A stretch of 46,211 nt of DNA from a bacterium (GTDB lineage: Bacteria; Patescibacteriota; Minisyncoccia; Minisyncoccales; DAOWIS01): the NCBI GenBank assembly GCA_030640805.1, contig DAOWIS010000007.1, forward strand, positions 1 to 46,211. The letters run 5' to 3'. The notes below the pieces were generated by a model. That model was not told where the DNA came from and searched no databases. It saw only the letters and a list, made by a program, of their open reading frames with translations. How positions within the stretch are numbered: position 1 is the first letter of the stretch; each line of letters begins with the position of its first letter. Both the position numbers and the translations under genes were made by a program. Below are positions 18,176 through 28,285 of this stretch, one piece after another.

Positions 18176-18598
18176 ATGGAGAAGGATAAATTTAATAATT
18201 TGGAGCAGGAAGTCCAGGTTTTAGAGAAGACCTTAGAAGAGAAGAAAGAAAAACTAAAAGAGATGGCTCCCGAGGAGAAAGAAGAGATGGTCAGAGAATA
18301 TACCAGGAAACGTCTGGAGAAATTAACCCCAAAACCAAAAAAAACAGAAATTCCGCCATCTCGGCCTACGACTATTCCTTCCCCGCCAGCCAAAAAAGTT
18401 TTGCCTTCTTATTTGGATACCCAGGACGAAGACACTAAAAAAATAGTTAAGGATTTGGTTAAACTTAGCGAAGAAAAGGGTCTGAAAACTGCTTTGAATA
18501 AAATTCAGAAAACCAACCAGCCCTTTCTTTTGGATGCCTTTCACGACGCTTTAACCTTTAAATTTCTTCAGGAATTAAGAAAAAAAGATGTTATCTGA
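18176..18598 (+). CDS. hypothetical protein coupled to the downstream ATPase
   Basis: 140 aa, overlaps the next start; C-terminal PFLLDAFHDAL. Confidence 0.8.
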   Translation: MEKDKFNNLEQEVQVLEKTLEEKKEKLKEMAPEEKEEMVREYTRKRLEKLTPKPKKTEIPPSRPTTIPSPPAKKVLPSYLDTQDEDTKKIVKDLVKLSEEKGLKTALNKIQKTNQPFLLDAFHDALTFKFLQELRKKDVI

Positions 18599-20942
18599 TT
18601 TTTTATTTTTTTTATTAATAGTAGGAGGAATTGTCTTTTTTGTATTTTTGATTAGAAAGTTGGTTAAACCTTCTGGTTTGAATCTTGATTATCTTTTGCT
18701 TTTGGTTAAATTGCCAAAACCCACAAAAGAAAAGCCTCAAGAAGCAGATTTTAAAAATGAAATTGCTTTTTTTGAGCAGTTTTTATCTAATGTTGCTCAA
18801 GAGAAAAAACCAATCATTTTTGAATCAGCTGTTCATCATATCGGAGAAGAAATTCATTTTTATTTGGCTGTTCCTAAAGAGTTATTCGATTTTATTAAAA
18901 AACAAATTCAGGGATTTTGGTCTGGAGCCCAGGTTGAGCCGATAGAAGATTATAATATTTTTAATCCTCAGGGAAAAGCCCAGGGGGCTTATTTAAAACT
19001 TTTCGAAAATTATTGCCTTCCTATTAAAACTTACGATAATTTTAGCAAAGATACTTTTGAGCCAATTCTTGGTAATTTAGCCAAACTGGAAAAGGAAGGA
19101 GAAGGAGCAGTAATTCAGGTAGTTGTAAAAAAAGCTCCCAAAAGCAATAAAGATAGAATTCTTAAAGCCTTAGAATCTCTTCGCAAAGGAAATTCCCTGA
19201 AAGAAGCGCTGGGAGGTTTAAGTTTTAGCACTAAAGAGATTTTGAAGGCCTTAAATCCCCCCAAGAAAGAAGAAGAAAAGGAGCCGCTTTTTATTGATGA
19301 ATTCAATGTTAAATTACTGGAAAGCAAAATTGAGAAGCCCTTATTTTTAGTCAATGTCCGGTTGTTGGCTTCGGCATCAACTATAGAGCGGGCTGAATCT
19401 ATTGTAAGAAGTTTAACTGGTTCCTTTGAACAGTTCGCTGCTCCTCAAAGGAATAATTTAAGGATTGTTTCTCCAAAAAATCAGCAAAAATTATTTTTTA
19501 ATTTTTCTTTTCGGAAATTTAATCCCTCTCAGACAATAGTCTTAAATAGTCAGGAAATTGCCTCTTTTTGGCATTTTCCTCTTTCCATTACCGAGGTTCC
19601 CCGGCTGAAATGGTTAAAATTTCGAGAACTTGTTCCGCCTTCTAATCTTCCTGAAGAGGGTTTAGTTTTAGGGATGAATATTTATCGAGGCGAAGAAAGA
19701 ATGATTCGGCTCAAAGAAGATGACCGTCGTCGTCATCTTTATATTGTTGGCCAAACCGGTACCGGAAAATCAACTTTTATTACTGAAATGGCACGACAGG
19801 ACATAAAAAACAACAAAGGTTTAGCCGTAATTGATCCTCATGGAGATTTAATTGAGACCCTTCTTGGTTTTATTCCTGAGGAGCGTTTTGGAGATGTTAT
19901 TTTATTTGATCCTTCTGATGTAGAGCGACCCGTAGGTCTAAATATGATTGAATACAATCCTGAACGACCGGAGGAGAAAACATTTATTGTTAATGAAATT
20001 CAAGGGATTTTTAACAAATTATTTATAGCTGAACATATGGGCCCAATGTTTGAGCAGTATATGAGAAATTCTTTGTTGCTTTTAATGGAGGACTTCGGAC
20101 ATCCTTCTACCCTGATGGAAGTGCCCAGAGTTTTTACTGATGAAAATTGGCGAAAACAGAAGCTCTCAAGAATTACCAATCCAACAATAATTGACTTTTG
20201 GGAGAAAGAGGCGGTAAAAGCGGGCGGAGAGGCATCATTGGCTAATATGACACCTTATATTACCTCCAAATTCGCTAATTTCTTAACCAATGATTATGTT
20301 CGGCCAATTATTGCTCAAGTTAGATCCTCTTTTAATTTTCGAGAAGTAATGGATGAAGGGAAGATTTTACTGGTTAATCTTTCTAAAGGAAAGATAGGAG
20401 AAATTAATGCCGGACTTTTAGGAATGATTGTAGTTGGTAAAATTTTAATGGCTGCTCTTTCTCGGGTAGATATTCCTCAAGAACAACGTCGGGATTTTAA
20501 TTTATACATTGATGAGTTTCAAAACTTCACTACTCCCTCTATTGTGACCATTTTGTCCGAGGCAAGAAAATACTGCCTTAATTTAATAATTGCCCATCAA
20601 TTTATCGCTCAATTAAAAGAAGAAATAAAAGATGCGGTTTTTGGCAATGTTGGTTCTAAAGTAGTTTTTCGAGTTGGCGCTCCTGATTCCCAGGAGTTGA
20701 TTAGAGAATTCGAGCCGGAATTGACCGATAATGACCTTATTAACATTGATAATTTCCACGCCTATCTTAAACTTTTAATCAATGGCGAACCCAGTCCGTC
20801 TTTTAATTTAAGAACCATAAAACCGAAAGAATCTGATCCCGAAATTAAAGAGAAAATCAAAAAACAATCTCGCTTGACTTATGGTCGTCCTAGAGAAGAA
20901 ATAGAAAAAGAAATTCTCCAACGCCTCCGCAGCGAGGAATAG
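18588..20942 (+). CDS. VirD4/TraD-like ATPase, fused form (TM plus N-domain plus ATPase)
   Basis: DDRRRHLYIVGQTGTGKS, IDPHGD, LYIDEFQNF, LSEARKY, AVFGNVG. Confidence 0.9.
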   Translation: MLSDFLFFLLIVGGIVFFVFLIRKLVKPSGLNLDYLLLLVKLPKPTKEKPQEADFKNEIAFFEQFLSNVAQEKKPIIFESAVHHIGEEIHFYLAVPKELFDFIKKQIQGFWSGAQVEPIEDYNIFNPQGKAQGAYLKLFENYCLPIKTYDNFSKDTFEPILGNLAKLEKEGEGAVIQVVVKKAPKSNKDRILKALESLRKGNSLKEALGGLSFSTKEILKALNPPKKEEEKEPLFIDEFNVKLLESKIEKPLFLVNVRLLASASTIERAESIVRSLTGSFEQFAAPQRNNLRIVSPKNQQKLFFNFSFRKFNPSQTIVLNSQEIASFWHFPLSITEVPRLKWLKFRELVPPSNLPEEGLVLGMNIYRGEERMIRLKEDDRRRHLYIVGQTGTGKSTFITEMARQDIKNNKGLAVIDPHGDLIETLLGFIPEERFGDVILFDPSDVERPVGLNMIEYNPERPEEKTFIVNEIQGIFNKLFIAEHMGPMFEQYMRNSLLLLMEDFGHPSTLMEVPRVFTDENWRKQKLSRITNPTIIDFWEKEAVKAGGEASLANMTPYITSKFANFLTNDYVRPIIAQVRSSFNFREVMDEGKILLVNLSKGKIGEINAGLLGMIVVGKILMAALSRVDIPQEQRRDFNLYIDEFQNFTTPSIVTILSEARKYCLNLIIAHQFIAQLKEEIKDAVFGNVGSKVVFRVGAPDSQELIREFEPELTDNDLINIDNFHAYLKLLINGEPSPSFNLRTIKPKESDPEIKEKIKKQSRLTYGRPREEIEKEILQRLRSEE

Positions 20943-20971
20943 TTTTTTAATATATTATAAACTAATACAAA

Positions 20972-21017
20972 TTGACGAATAAATTTTATTCTGCTAAACT
21001 AAAATAAGAAAGGTCAA
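20972..21017 (+). promoter_or_regulatory. sigma70 promoter with AAAGGTCAA leader motif
   Basis: TTGACG 20972, 17 bp, TGcTAAACT 20992-21000, AAAGGTCAA 21009. Confidence 0.7.
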
Positions 21018-21057
21018 ATAATCTGATAATTATTTAATAATTAATCTAAAGAAAAAT

Positions 21058-21552
21058 ATGGTAAAAGGAATAGAAAAGGAGCCAACTTCTAAAAGTCCTG
21101 AAGAAATTAGATTAGAAGAATTAAGTGAACTTTCTGGAGTTTCTCCTGAAGAAATAAAAAAGTTTGAGGAAACAGGAGATAAATATGGATTTTGGAGAGA
21201 GGGAAAGCGTCGTTTCTTCTATGAGCCGGGATCCGAAGAAGCAGAAAAAGCAAAAGTAGAAAAAGTAGAAAAAGAAGCTTTTAAGAAATTATCAGAAGAA
21301 GAAAAAAACAGGGTACTTCAAGAATACGTAAAGACTCGAAACCAAATTACAGACAAAATGAAAAAGATGCAAAAAGAATTAACCGGCTACGAGAGTTTAA
21401 TGGAGCAAACATTCGGTAGTTTATCAAAAGAAGAGATGGAAAAAGCAGAAGAGAAACAAAAGGAATGGAATGATTTCTCACAAGAAGAAAAGCAAGAAAA
21501 GTTAGAACCACTGCAAAAATTAGAAAAGTTATTAAAACCTGAAGAAGAATAG
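21058..21552 (+). CDS. Glu/Lys-rich hypothetical protein
   Basis: 164-aa ORF with its own promoter. Confidence 0.8.
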   Translation: MVKGIEKEPTSKSPEEIRLEELSELSGVSPEEIKKFEETGDKYGFWREGKRRFFYEPGSEEAEKAKVEKVEKEAFKKLSEEEKNRVLQEYVKTRNQITDKMKKMQKELTGYESLMEQTFGSLSKEEMEKAEEKQKEWNDFSQEEKQEKLEPLQKLEKLLKPEEE

Positions 21553-21568
21553 AAATTTACTTTAGATA

Positions 21569-21597
21569 AAATCAACGAGACCCGGTCTCGTTGATTT
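21569..21597. repeat. perfect palindrome with 14-bp arms, core GAGACC-C-GGTCTC
   Basis: AAATCAACGAGACC C GGTCTCGTTGATTT; degenerate copy at 21962-21990. Confidence 0.88.
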
Positions 21598-21640
21598 ATT
21601 ATATTTGTAAGTTTTGTTAGATAGATGTATAATAAAGTAT

Positions 21641-21940
21641 ATGAATGATCAATTAGAAAAAAGTTTAACTGAAGCCAGTCGGCACTTTTCTGAACTTACC
21701 AGAAAAGTTGAAGAGGGAAAAAAGAAAAAGCAAAGAACTGAAAAAGAAATTCGAGAAACCGAAGAAGTGATTAAAAAAATGGAGAAAGAAATTGCTCAGA
21801 AAAAGCAAGAGATCTTCACCAAAAAAAAGCAGTTAACCACGCTTTCTTTTGAATTGAGGCGCTTAGATAACGAACGAAATACAGCCCAGAAGCAAATTGG
21901 TGAATTTAAAAGAGAAATAGAAAGATTAGAAAGAAGATAA
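21641..21940 (+). CDS. coiled-coil hypothetical protein
   Basis: TATAAT 21628-21633 lies 7 nt before ATG 21641; heptad-rich. Confidence 0.78.
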   Translation: MNDQLEKSLTEASRHFSELTRKVEEGKKKKQRTEKEIRETEEVIKKMEKEIAQKKQEIFTKKKQLTTLSFELRRLDNERNTAQKQIGEFKREIERLERR

Positions 21941-22029
21941 AGGGCTTTGTCTAAATTGAAAAAATCAAGGAGAGCGGGTCTCCTTAAATTTATTTGACCT
22001 TATTTTTCTTTTTGTTAAAATAAAAATAT

Positions 22030-22215
22030 ATGGCTAATCAAACTATTACTAAAAAAAGAATAGAAATTCCATTAGTGGAGTACAACCTTTTACGGGAAGT
22101 TTATAGACAATTTAAAAAACAGGCCTTACTTTTAAGAATAGTTGAAGCCGAAGAAAATCTCAAAAGAAAGCGAGTTAAAGAGATAGATATTGATAAGTTT
22201 ATAAAAAATATTTAA
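22030..22215 (+). CDS. putative type II antitoxin
   Basis: 61 aa directly upstream of a RelE-type toxin; promoter TTGACC/TGtTAAAAT. Confidence 0.7.
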   Translation: MANQTITKKRIEIPLVEYNLLREVYRQFKKQALLLRIVEAEENLKRKRVKEIDIDKFIKNI

Positions 22216-22218
22216 TTT

Positions 22219-22503
22219 ATGTCTTTTAAGATTAAGAAGATTGTTTTTGATGCATCTTTTGAGAGGAAATTTAAAAATTATAAGAAAAAATTGTCCAAAA
22301 AAGAATTAAATAGACTTAAAGAAAGATTAATAATTTTTAAAAATAATCCTTTTAATCCAAAACTAAAAACTCATAAACTAAAAGGTAGCCTGAAAGAATA
22401 TTGGGTTTTCTCAATTAGTTATTCTGATCGAATAATACTCCGTTTTTTAAATAAAGAAAAAGTATTTTTTATTGATGTTGGCGATCATAGTATTTATAAA
22501 TAG
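22219..22503 (+). CDS. RelE/YafQ-family mRNA interferase toxin
   Basis: F..NPF.PKLKTHKLKG.L..YW.FSI...DRII.RF......FIDVG.H..Y. Confidence 0.88.
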   Translation: MSFKIKKIVFDASFERKFKNYKKKLSKKELNRLKERLIIFKNNPFNPKLKTHKLKGSLKEYWVFSISYSDRIILRFLNKEKVFFIDVGDHSIYK

Positions 22504-22543
22504 AACCTAATAATAGTTTTAGGTTTTTATTTTGATTGATAAG

Positions 22544-24415
22544 ATGACAGATTTATCTTCTCAACAAATTCGAGGGCAATTTTTAGATTTTTTTGAAAAG
22601 AAGGGGCATAAAATTGTACCTTCTTTTTCTCTTATTCCTCTTGACCCCTCGGTTCTTTTAACTTCGGCTGGAATGCAACAGTTTGTTTTGTATTTAGAAG
22701 GGAAAAAAGATCCTCTCAAAGATTTTGGAACTTGGTATTTGACTTCTTGCCAGAAGTGTTTTAGAACTGCTGATATTAATGAAGTGGGCGACGATATTCA
22801 CCATACTTTTTTTGAGATGCTTGGCAATTGGTCAATAGGTGAAGATTCCAATAAAGGTTATTTTAAAGAGGAAGCAATTGATTTGGCTTTAGAATTTTTG
22901 GTTGATACTTTAGAACTGGACAAAGACAAATTTTGGATAACTGTATTCAAAGGAGGAAATAATATTCCCAAAGATGAGGAATCAATAAAAATTTGGCAGG
23001 AGAAAGGAATTCCCAAAGAAAGAATAAAAGAATTTGGAATGGAAGATAATTTTTGGGGTCCGATTGGCGAAGTGGGAGTTTGTGGACCCTGTTCAGAAAT
23101 TCATTATGATAGAGGAAAAGAATTTGGCTGCCAGAAGCCGGATTGCAGACCAAATTGTAAAAAATGTAATAGATTTATAGAAATCTGGAATTTGGTTTTT
23201 ATGGAATACAATAAAAATGCCAAATGCCAAATGCCAAATGCCAAATGTTATAATTATACTCTTTTGCCGCAGAGGAATGTGGATACGGGGATGGGGATAG
23301 AGAGATTAACTGCAGTTCTCCAGAATAAACCCTCCGGCTATGAGACCGATCTTTTTTGGCCAATAATTAAGAATATCCAAAAGATTTCTTCGAAAAAATA
23401 CAAGGAAGAAAAAAGAATTTTTAGGATTTTGGCTGACCATCTACGAGGATCAGTTTTTTTAATTGGCGATGGAATTTTACCTTCTAATTTAGATAGGGGA
23501 TATATTTTAAGGAGAATTCTTAGAAGAACTATCCGTTATGCCAAAGTTTTAAATTTACCAGAAAATTGGTATGTTAGTTCTATAAAGAAACTTTCAGAGA
23601 TTTATGGCTCTACTTATTTTGAATTAAGAACAAAAGAAACAGAAATTATTACCGTTTTTCAAAATGAAGAAGAGAAATTTGGAAGGGCCTTAGATAAAGG
23701 ACTGTCGCAATTTGATAAGTTGCTTAAGCGGAAAAGGAAAAGCGGAAAACGAAAGATTATAAGCGGATTAGAAGGATTTAGTCTCTATTCAAGTTTTTCA
23801 GTTCCGATTGATTTAATTCAGGAATTAGCCAAGGAAAGAGGTTTCGAAATTGATATAAAAGGATTTGAAAAAGCCCTTAAGGAACATCAAAAGATTTCTC
23901 GGGCTGGAGCCGAGAAAAAATTTGGGGGATTGGGATTAGAAAAGGTAAAAGATAAAAGGCAAAAGGTAAAAGTTATTAAATTGCACACTGCTACTCATTT
24001 GCTTCAACAAGCCCTAAGAGATGTTTTAGGAGACCAAGTAAAACAGATGGGAAGCGATATTAATGAAGAGAGATTAAGATTTGATTTTTCTTATGATAAA
24101 AAATTAACCCCCGAGCAAATTAAAAAAGTGGAAGAAATTGTTAATCAAAAAATTAAAGAAAATCTACCAGTTAAAAAAAATGAAATGGATTATCAACAAG
24201 CCCTAAAATCCGGCGCCCTGGCTTTTTTCAAAGAAAGATACCCAGAAAAAGTAACTGTTTATTTTATTGGCGATTCTTTAGAGAAATCTTATTCCAAAGA
24301 AATCTGTGCTGGTCATCATATTAATCGGACCGGAGAGCTCGGCCAATTCAAAATCGTCAAAGAAGAATCCTCTGGCGCAGGCGTAAGAAGAATAAAAGCC
24401 ACATTAGAATCTTAA
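22544..24415 (+). CDS. alaS: alanine--tRNA ligase, short form without C-Ala
   Basis: SAGMQQF, HHTFFEMLGNWS, IEIWNLVFM, DTGMGIER, HTATHLL, SSGAGVRRI. Confidence 0.97.
   Translation: MTDLSSQQIRGQFLDFFEKKGHKIVPSFSLIPLDPSVLLTSAGMQQFVLYLEGKKDPLKDFGTWYLTSCQKCFRTADINEVGDDIHHTFFEMLGNWSIGEDSNKGYFKEEAIDLALEFLVDTLELDKDKFWITVFKGGNNIPKDEESIKIWQEKGIPKERIKEFGMEDNFWGPIGEVGVCGPCSEIHYDRGKEFGCQKPDCRPNCKKCNRFIEIWNLVFMEYNKNAKCQMPNAKCYNYTLLPQRNVDTGMGIERLTAVLQNKPSGYETDLFWPIIKNIQKISSKKYKEEKRIFRILADHLRGSVFLIGDGILPSNLDRGYILRRILRRTIRYAKVLNLPENWYVSSIKKLSEIYGSTYFELRTKETEIITVFQNEEEKFGRALDKGLSQFDKLLKRKRKSGKRKIISGLEGFSLYSSFSVPIDLIQELAKERGFEIDIKGFEKALKEHQKISRAGAEKKFGGLGLEKVKDKRQKVKVIKLHTATHLLQQALRDVLGDQVKQMGSDINEERLRFDFSYDKKLTPEQIKKVEEIVNQKIKENLPVKKNEMDYQQALKSGALAFFKERYPEKVTVYFIGDSLEKSYSKEICAGHHINRTGELGQFKIVKEESSGAGVRRIKATLES
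23215..23249 (+). repeat. in-frame heptamer array (AAATGCC)x4 in alaS
   Basis: encodes NAKCQMPNAKC between EIWNLVFMEYN and LPQRNVDTGMG. Confidence 0.92.
23940..23974 (+). repeat. in-frame heptamer array AAAAG(GT/AT/GC/GT/TT) in alaS
   Basis: encodes KVKDKRQKVKV just before HTATH. Confidence 0.8.
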
Positions 24416-24456
24416 TTATCTTTTAATCTTAAAATTTATTGTGCTATAATAAACCA

Positions 24457-25662
24457 ATGTCTTCTTTTTCTAAAAAAGATGAAATGAACTTAGCAATAGA
24501 TATTGGGACAAGAACAGTTAAAGCAGTTTTATTTAAAAAAGAAAATAAAGGAATAAAAATTTTAAATTATGGAAAAGTAGATTATCCTTTTGAGAAAAAC
24601 TCAAAAAAAAATGATTTAAAACAAACAATAAAAGAAACAATTTCAGAGGTTCGAGGGTTTAAACGGGGGAGAAAAATAATAGTTGGATTAGGGGAGATAT
24701 CTGGTCCTAATAAAATGATAATGACTAAGGGAATAACCAAGAAATATATTTTTCAAAGAAAATCTCCTCTTAAAAAAATCAGCCAGAAAGAATTCAAAAA
24801 GATTATTACTGTTGCCCAAGAGAGATCGAAAAGGAGTGTAGCTAAAAACTTTTCTTTAAAAAAAGCAAAAAATCTAAAAATACTTAAAGCCAGTATCGAA
24901 GAAATTAAAATTAATGGACATCAAGTATCGAATCCTCTTGGTTTTTCCGGAAAAGAACTAAAATTTAGTATTTTTAACAGTTATATTTTAAAAGAAGATT
25001 TAGAGTTTCTGAAAAGAATTTTCAAAAGTTTAAATTTGAATTTAGTGAATGTTTTATACGAACCCTATACTCTTTTCTCTTTATTAGAATCCTTTCATTC
25101 CTTTCAAAATCACAATGCCGCATTTTTAGATATAGGCGGGGATTTCACCCAAGTTTCTTTTATAAAAAAAGGAATGCTTATGGAAACCAAACCTTTTAGT
25201 ATTGGTGGTCAAGAATTTAGCGCTCATTTAGCGAAATGGGCTAAAATAAAAGAAGAAAAAGCAGAAAAGATTAAGATTGCTTATAGCAGAGGTTTAATTC
25301 AGTCTTCATTAGCATTTAAGATTCATAATCTCTTGGAGAAAGATTTCAAAAATTGGTTGGAGAAGGTAGAGATAATTCTTAATAGATTTTTTCCCAGTGA
25401 TTCTTTTCCTTCCTTTGTTTATATTTTAGGAGGTGGGAGTCAGCTTTTAGAGGTAAAATCTCTTTTATACGAGAGTAAAGAAATGGATAAGATTTGGAAG
25501 AAAAAAAATTTTCTTCCTCCAAAGATTGAATTTTTAAAACCAAAACATTTTATAAATATTGAAGATAACTCTAAGCTTCAAGATACCCAAGGGATAATTC
25601 CTTTAAGTCTTTGTAAAGAGTTTTCTCTAAATTTTCAAGCAGGAAATGCGCAGAAAATTTAG
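24457..25662 (+). CDS. FtsA/PilM-like actin-fold protein
   Basis: LAIDIGT..VKA, FLDIGG..T, IGG..F, ILGGGS. Confidence 0.8.
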   Translation: MSSFSKKDEMNLAIDIGTRTVKAVLFKKENKGIKILNYGKVDYPFEKNSKKNDLKQTIKETISEVRGFKRGRKIIVGLGEISGPNKMIMTKGITKKYIFQRKSPLKKISQKEFKKIITVAQERSKRSVAKNFSLKKAKNLKILKASIEEIKINGHQVSNPLGFSGKELKFSIFNSYILKEDLEFLKRIFKSLNLNLVNVLYEPYTLFSLLESFHSFQNHNAAFLDIGGDFTQVSFIKKGMLMETKPFSIGGQEFSAHLAKWAKIKEEKAEKIKIAYSRGLIQSSLAFKIHNLLEKDFKNWLEKVEIILNRFFPSDSFPSFVYILGGGSQLLEVKSLLYESKEMDKIWKKKNFLPPKIEFLKPKHFINIEDNSKLQDTQGIIPLSLCKEFSLNFQAGNAQKI

Positions 25663-25675
25663 TTAGAAAACCTTT

Positions 25676-25756
25676 ACCGAGCACATAAAGTATTATGTGC
25701 TCGGTGCGCAATTATTCTAACAGCTCAGCTGCACCCTTCGGGCTTGCTTCGCTGAG
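25676..25756. repeat. two intergenic hairpins
   Basis: ACCGAGCACATAA-AGTA-TTATGTGCTCGGT (25676-25705); CTCAGC...CCC-TTC-GGG...GCTGAG (25724-25756). Confidence 0.8.
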
Positions 25757-25765
25757 AAAATTGGC

Positions 25766-27364
25766 ATGAAAAAAATAATTCAGATTCAGCCCAATGAGGA
25801 ATTAATTTCCATTATAGATAAGATAATAAAATCTCAGGCTCAAGAAATATTTTTGGTGGTTCCATCGGAAAATAAAATTTTAATTAGTTCTGGCAATTTA
25901 AAACTTTTAAAAAGAGAATCGGAAGCGATTCGAAAAAAAATTATTATTGTTAGTTCTGACCCTAAATATAAAAAATTAGCCAAAAAATTAAAAATAGAAG
26001 CAAAAACCAAAGTCCCTATTTTAAAAGAAGAAGAATTAATTCAAGAAGTAGAGACATTACCACGTCAAATTAAAAAAGTATTAGATATTATTCCCCGAAC
26101 TAAAAAAGAAAGAGCAATCCTTAAAGAACCCAAATTAAGTATTTTTTCCAAAAAGAAGAAAAAAGTAGAAGTTTCCTTATCTAAATCCAAAGATAAAAGT
26201 TGGCTTTCGATTTCTTCTTCAAATTGGCTTTATATACTTTTAGGAGTATTTATAATAATAGTAGGAATATTAAGTTTTTTATTTCTTCCAAAAGTAGAAA
26301 TTAAAATTATTCCTAAAATAGAAAAATTAGAATTTTCTTTAGATCTAAAAGTCAAAGAGGAAGCTTCTCAAGTTGATTTTACAAATAGCGAAGTTCCCGG
26401 TCAGTATTTTTTGGTAGAAAGAGAGAAATCTAAAGAATTTCTTACTACTGGAGAAGAAGAAAGAGAATCTAAGGCAAAAGGGTTAGTTTCTCTTTATAAT
26501 GCTTACAGTTCTCAATCTCAAACACTAGTAGCCAATACTCGTTTTATTTCTAGCTCGGGAAAATTATTTAGAATTCCTAAAAGCGTGGTAATTCCAGGAG
26601 CAACAGTCAAAGAAAGTAAGATTATTCCCAACAGCACTGAAGTAGAAGTGGTAGCTGACCAGCCGGGGGAGGAATATAATATTGGCCCAACTACTTTTTC
26701 TATCCCTGGGTTTAAGGGCACTCCAAAATATACTGGTTTTTATGCTAAATCTTTTCAAGCAATGGAAGGAGGATATTTGGGCGAAGTTAAGATAGTTATA
26801 GAAGAAGATCTCGAGGCAGCTAAAGATTCCTTGAGTTCAGAATTATTTCAAGATTTAGAGACCGAATTAAAAAGTAAAATTCCTTCCGATTTGAAATTAA
26901 TAGAAGGTGTCCTCTCGGGGAAAGTTTCCCAAGTTTTTTTTAATAAGAAAGAAGGAGATGTAGGAGAGAGTTTTACTCTAAAAATAAAAGGACTTATTCG
27001 GGTTTTAGTTTTTAAAGAAGAGGATGTTAAAAAAATAGTTGAAAGCTCCGTTAATTTAAAAATAACAGATAACAAAATTTCTCTTCCTTCCACTTTACAC
27101 CTTAATTATTCTTTAGATAAAATTGATTTTGATGAAAAAACAATGGATTTGAGATTAATTGTAGAAGAAAAAATTGCTTGGCAGATTAATTCCGAAGAAA
27201 TTAAAAAAAATATTATTACTAAAAACGAAGAGGGAATTCGGATTTATTTTTCTAGCTATCCTGGGATAGAAAAAGCTGAAGTTAAACTTTGGCCATTTTG
27301 GGTGAAAAAAGCCCCGAATAATAAAAATAAAATAAAAGTAAAAGTTGTCTATCCTGGGGGTTGA
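25766..27364 (+). CDS. single-TM protein with baseplate J/gp47-like extracellular domain
   Basis: KAKG.V..YN......LVANTRF....GK.FR, V.ADQPG.EYNI, GG; ends WPFW...P....I; follows the FtsA-like gene. Confidence 0.7.
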   Translation: MKKIIQIQPNEELISIIDKIIKSQAQEIFLVVPSENKILISSGNLKLLKRESEAIRKKIIIVSSDPKYKKLAKKLKIEAKTKVPILKEEELIQEVETLPRQIKKVLDIIPRTKKERAILKEPKLSIFSKKKKKVEVSLSKSKDKSWLSISSSNWLYILLGVFIIIVGILSFLFLPKVEIKIIPKIEKLEFSLDLKVKEEASQVDFTNSEVPGQYFLVEREKSKEFLTTGEEERESKAKGLVSLYNAYSSQSQTLVANTRFISSSGKLFRIPKSVVIPGATVKESKIIPNSTEVEVVADQPGEEYNIGPTTFSIPGFKGTPKYTGFYAKSFQAMEGGYLGEVKIVIEEDLEAAKDSLSSELFQDLETELKSKIPSDLKLIEGVLSGKVSQVFFNKKEGDVGESFTLKIKGLIRVLVFKEEDVKKIVESSVNLKITDNKISLPSTLHLNYSLDKIDFDEKTMDLRLIVEEKIAWQINSEEIKKNIITKNEEGIRIYFSSYPGIEKAEVKLWPFWVKKAPNNKNKIKVKVVYPGG

Positions 27365-27399
27365 CTCCCAAAAATTATTTTGTTAGATTAATAGCGTCA

Positions 27400-27618
27400 A
27401 TGAAGAAAAATAACATTGAAAGAAAAGAGGGGATAGTAATTGAAACCTTACCTAATACTAATTTTAAAGTTCGATTAGAAAACGGAAGGGAGATATTGGC
27501 TCATCTTTCAGGTAAAATGCGTCTTCATTTTATAAGGATTTTAGTGGGAGATAAAGTAATAATAGAGTTGGGACAGGATAGTCCAGAAAGAGGAAGAATA
27601 GTTTATCGGAATAAATAA
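27400..27618 (+). CDS. infA: translation initiation factor IF-1
   Basis: [35 protein letters not shown]; promoter TTGACT 27361 / TAGATT 27384. Confidence 0.97.
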   Translation: MKKNNIERKEGIVIETLPNTNFKVRLENGREILAHLSGKMRLHFIRILVGDKVIIELGQDSPERGRIVYRNK

Positions 27619-27620
27619 GC

Positions 27621-27734
27621 ATGAAGGTACGTTCATCGGTAAAAAAAATTTGTAAAAAATGTAAGATAGTTCGGCGGAAAGGCCGTATTTTTGTCATTTG
27701 TTCGAATCCAAAACATAAACAGAGACAGGGCTAA
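27621..27734 (+). CDS. rpmJ: 50S ribosomal protein L36
   Basis: [37 protein letters not shown]; not in ORF track. Confidence 0.98.
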   Translation: MKVRSSVKKICKKCKIVRRKGRIFVICSNPKHKQRQG

Positions 27735-27893
27735 GCGATTGCCTTCGGCAATCTAAATTAAAAATTCAAAGTGAAAAGTTAAAAATTACAATTTACAATT
27801 CAAAATTAATTAAATTTAAATATTTTTAAATTTCGTTTCGTCATTTTGCACTTTACATTTTGCATTTTGCATTTGACTGAGCGAAGCGAGGGA
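27735..27893. repeat. capped inverted heptamer element (rpmJ-rpsM spacer)
   Basis: GATTGCC-TTC-GGCAATC cap, A-rich 7-mers, inverted (CATTTTG)n, GACTGAGCGAAGCGAGGGA cap. Confidence 0.8.
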
Positions 27894-27895
27894 AC

Positions 27896-28285
27896 GTGCC
27901 ACGAATTGCCGGGGTAAATATCCCAGAAAATAAACAAATAGAGATTGCTTTAACCTATGTTTATGGAATAGGACGGTTTTTAAGTAATAAAATTTTGTCT
28001 CAAGCTAAAATTGAACCCGGTAGGCCTGCTTCTAAATTAACTTCAGAGGATTTAAGTAAACTTCGAGAAATTATTGAAAGAAATTATAGAATTGAAGGTG
28101 AACTCCGAAGGGAAAAAATGATGAATATTAAACGGTTAAAGGAAATAGGGTGTTATCGAGGAGGTCGTCACATAAGGGGTTTGCCGGTAAGGGGACAGCG
28201 AACGCAAACTAACACCAGAACTATTAGAGGTAATGTCAGACGAACAGTAGGTAGCGGAAGAAGAAAAGCCGCCGAAAAAACCTAA
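27896..28285 (+). CDS. rpsM: 30S ribosomal protein S13
   Basis: RIAGVNIP, IALTY.YGIG, YRG.RH..GLPVRGQRT.TN. Confidence 0.98.
   Translation: MPRIAGVNIPENKQIEIALTYVYGIGRFLSNKILSQAKIEPGRPASKLTSEDLSKLREIIERNYRIEGELRREKMMNIKRLKEIGCYRGGRHIRGLPVRGQRTQTNTRTIRGNVRRTVGSGRRKAAEKT

Noticed and set aside
10151-22503. Integrative conjugative element
   Set aside because: No relaxase, integrase, VirB4/VirB6 set or att repeats; the ATPase genes are embedded in the core gene order.
25766-27364. Prophage or contractile injection system
   Set aside because: Only one baseplate-like domain, on a TM protein among housekeeping genes; no capsid, terminase, sheath or integrase.
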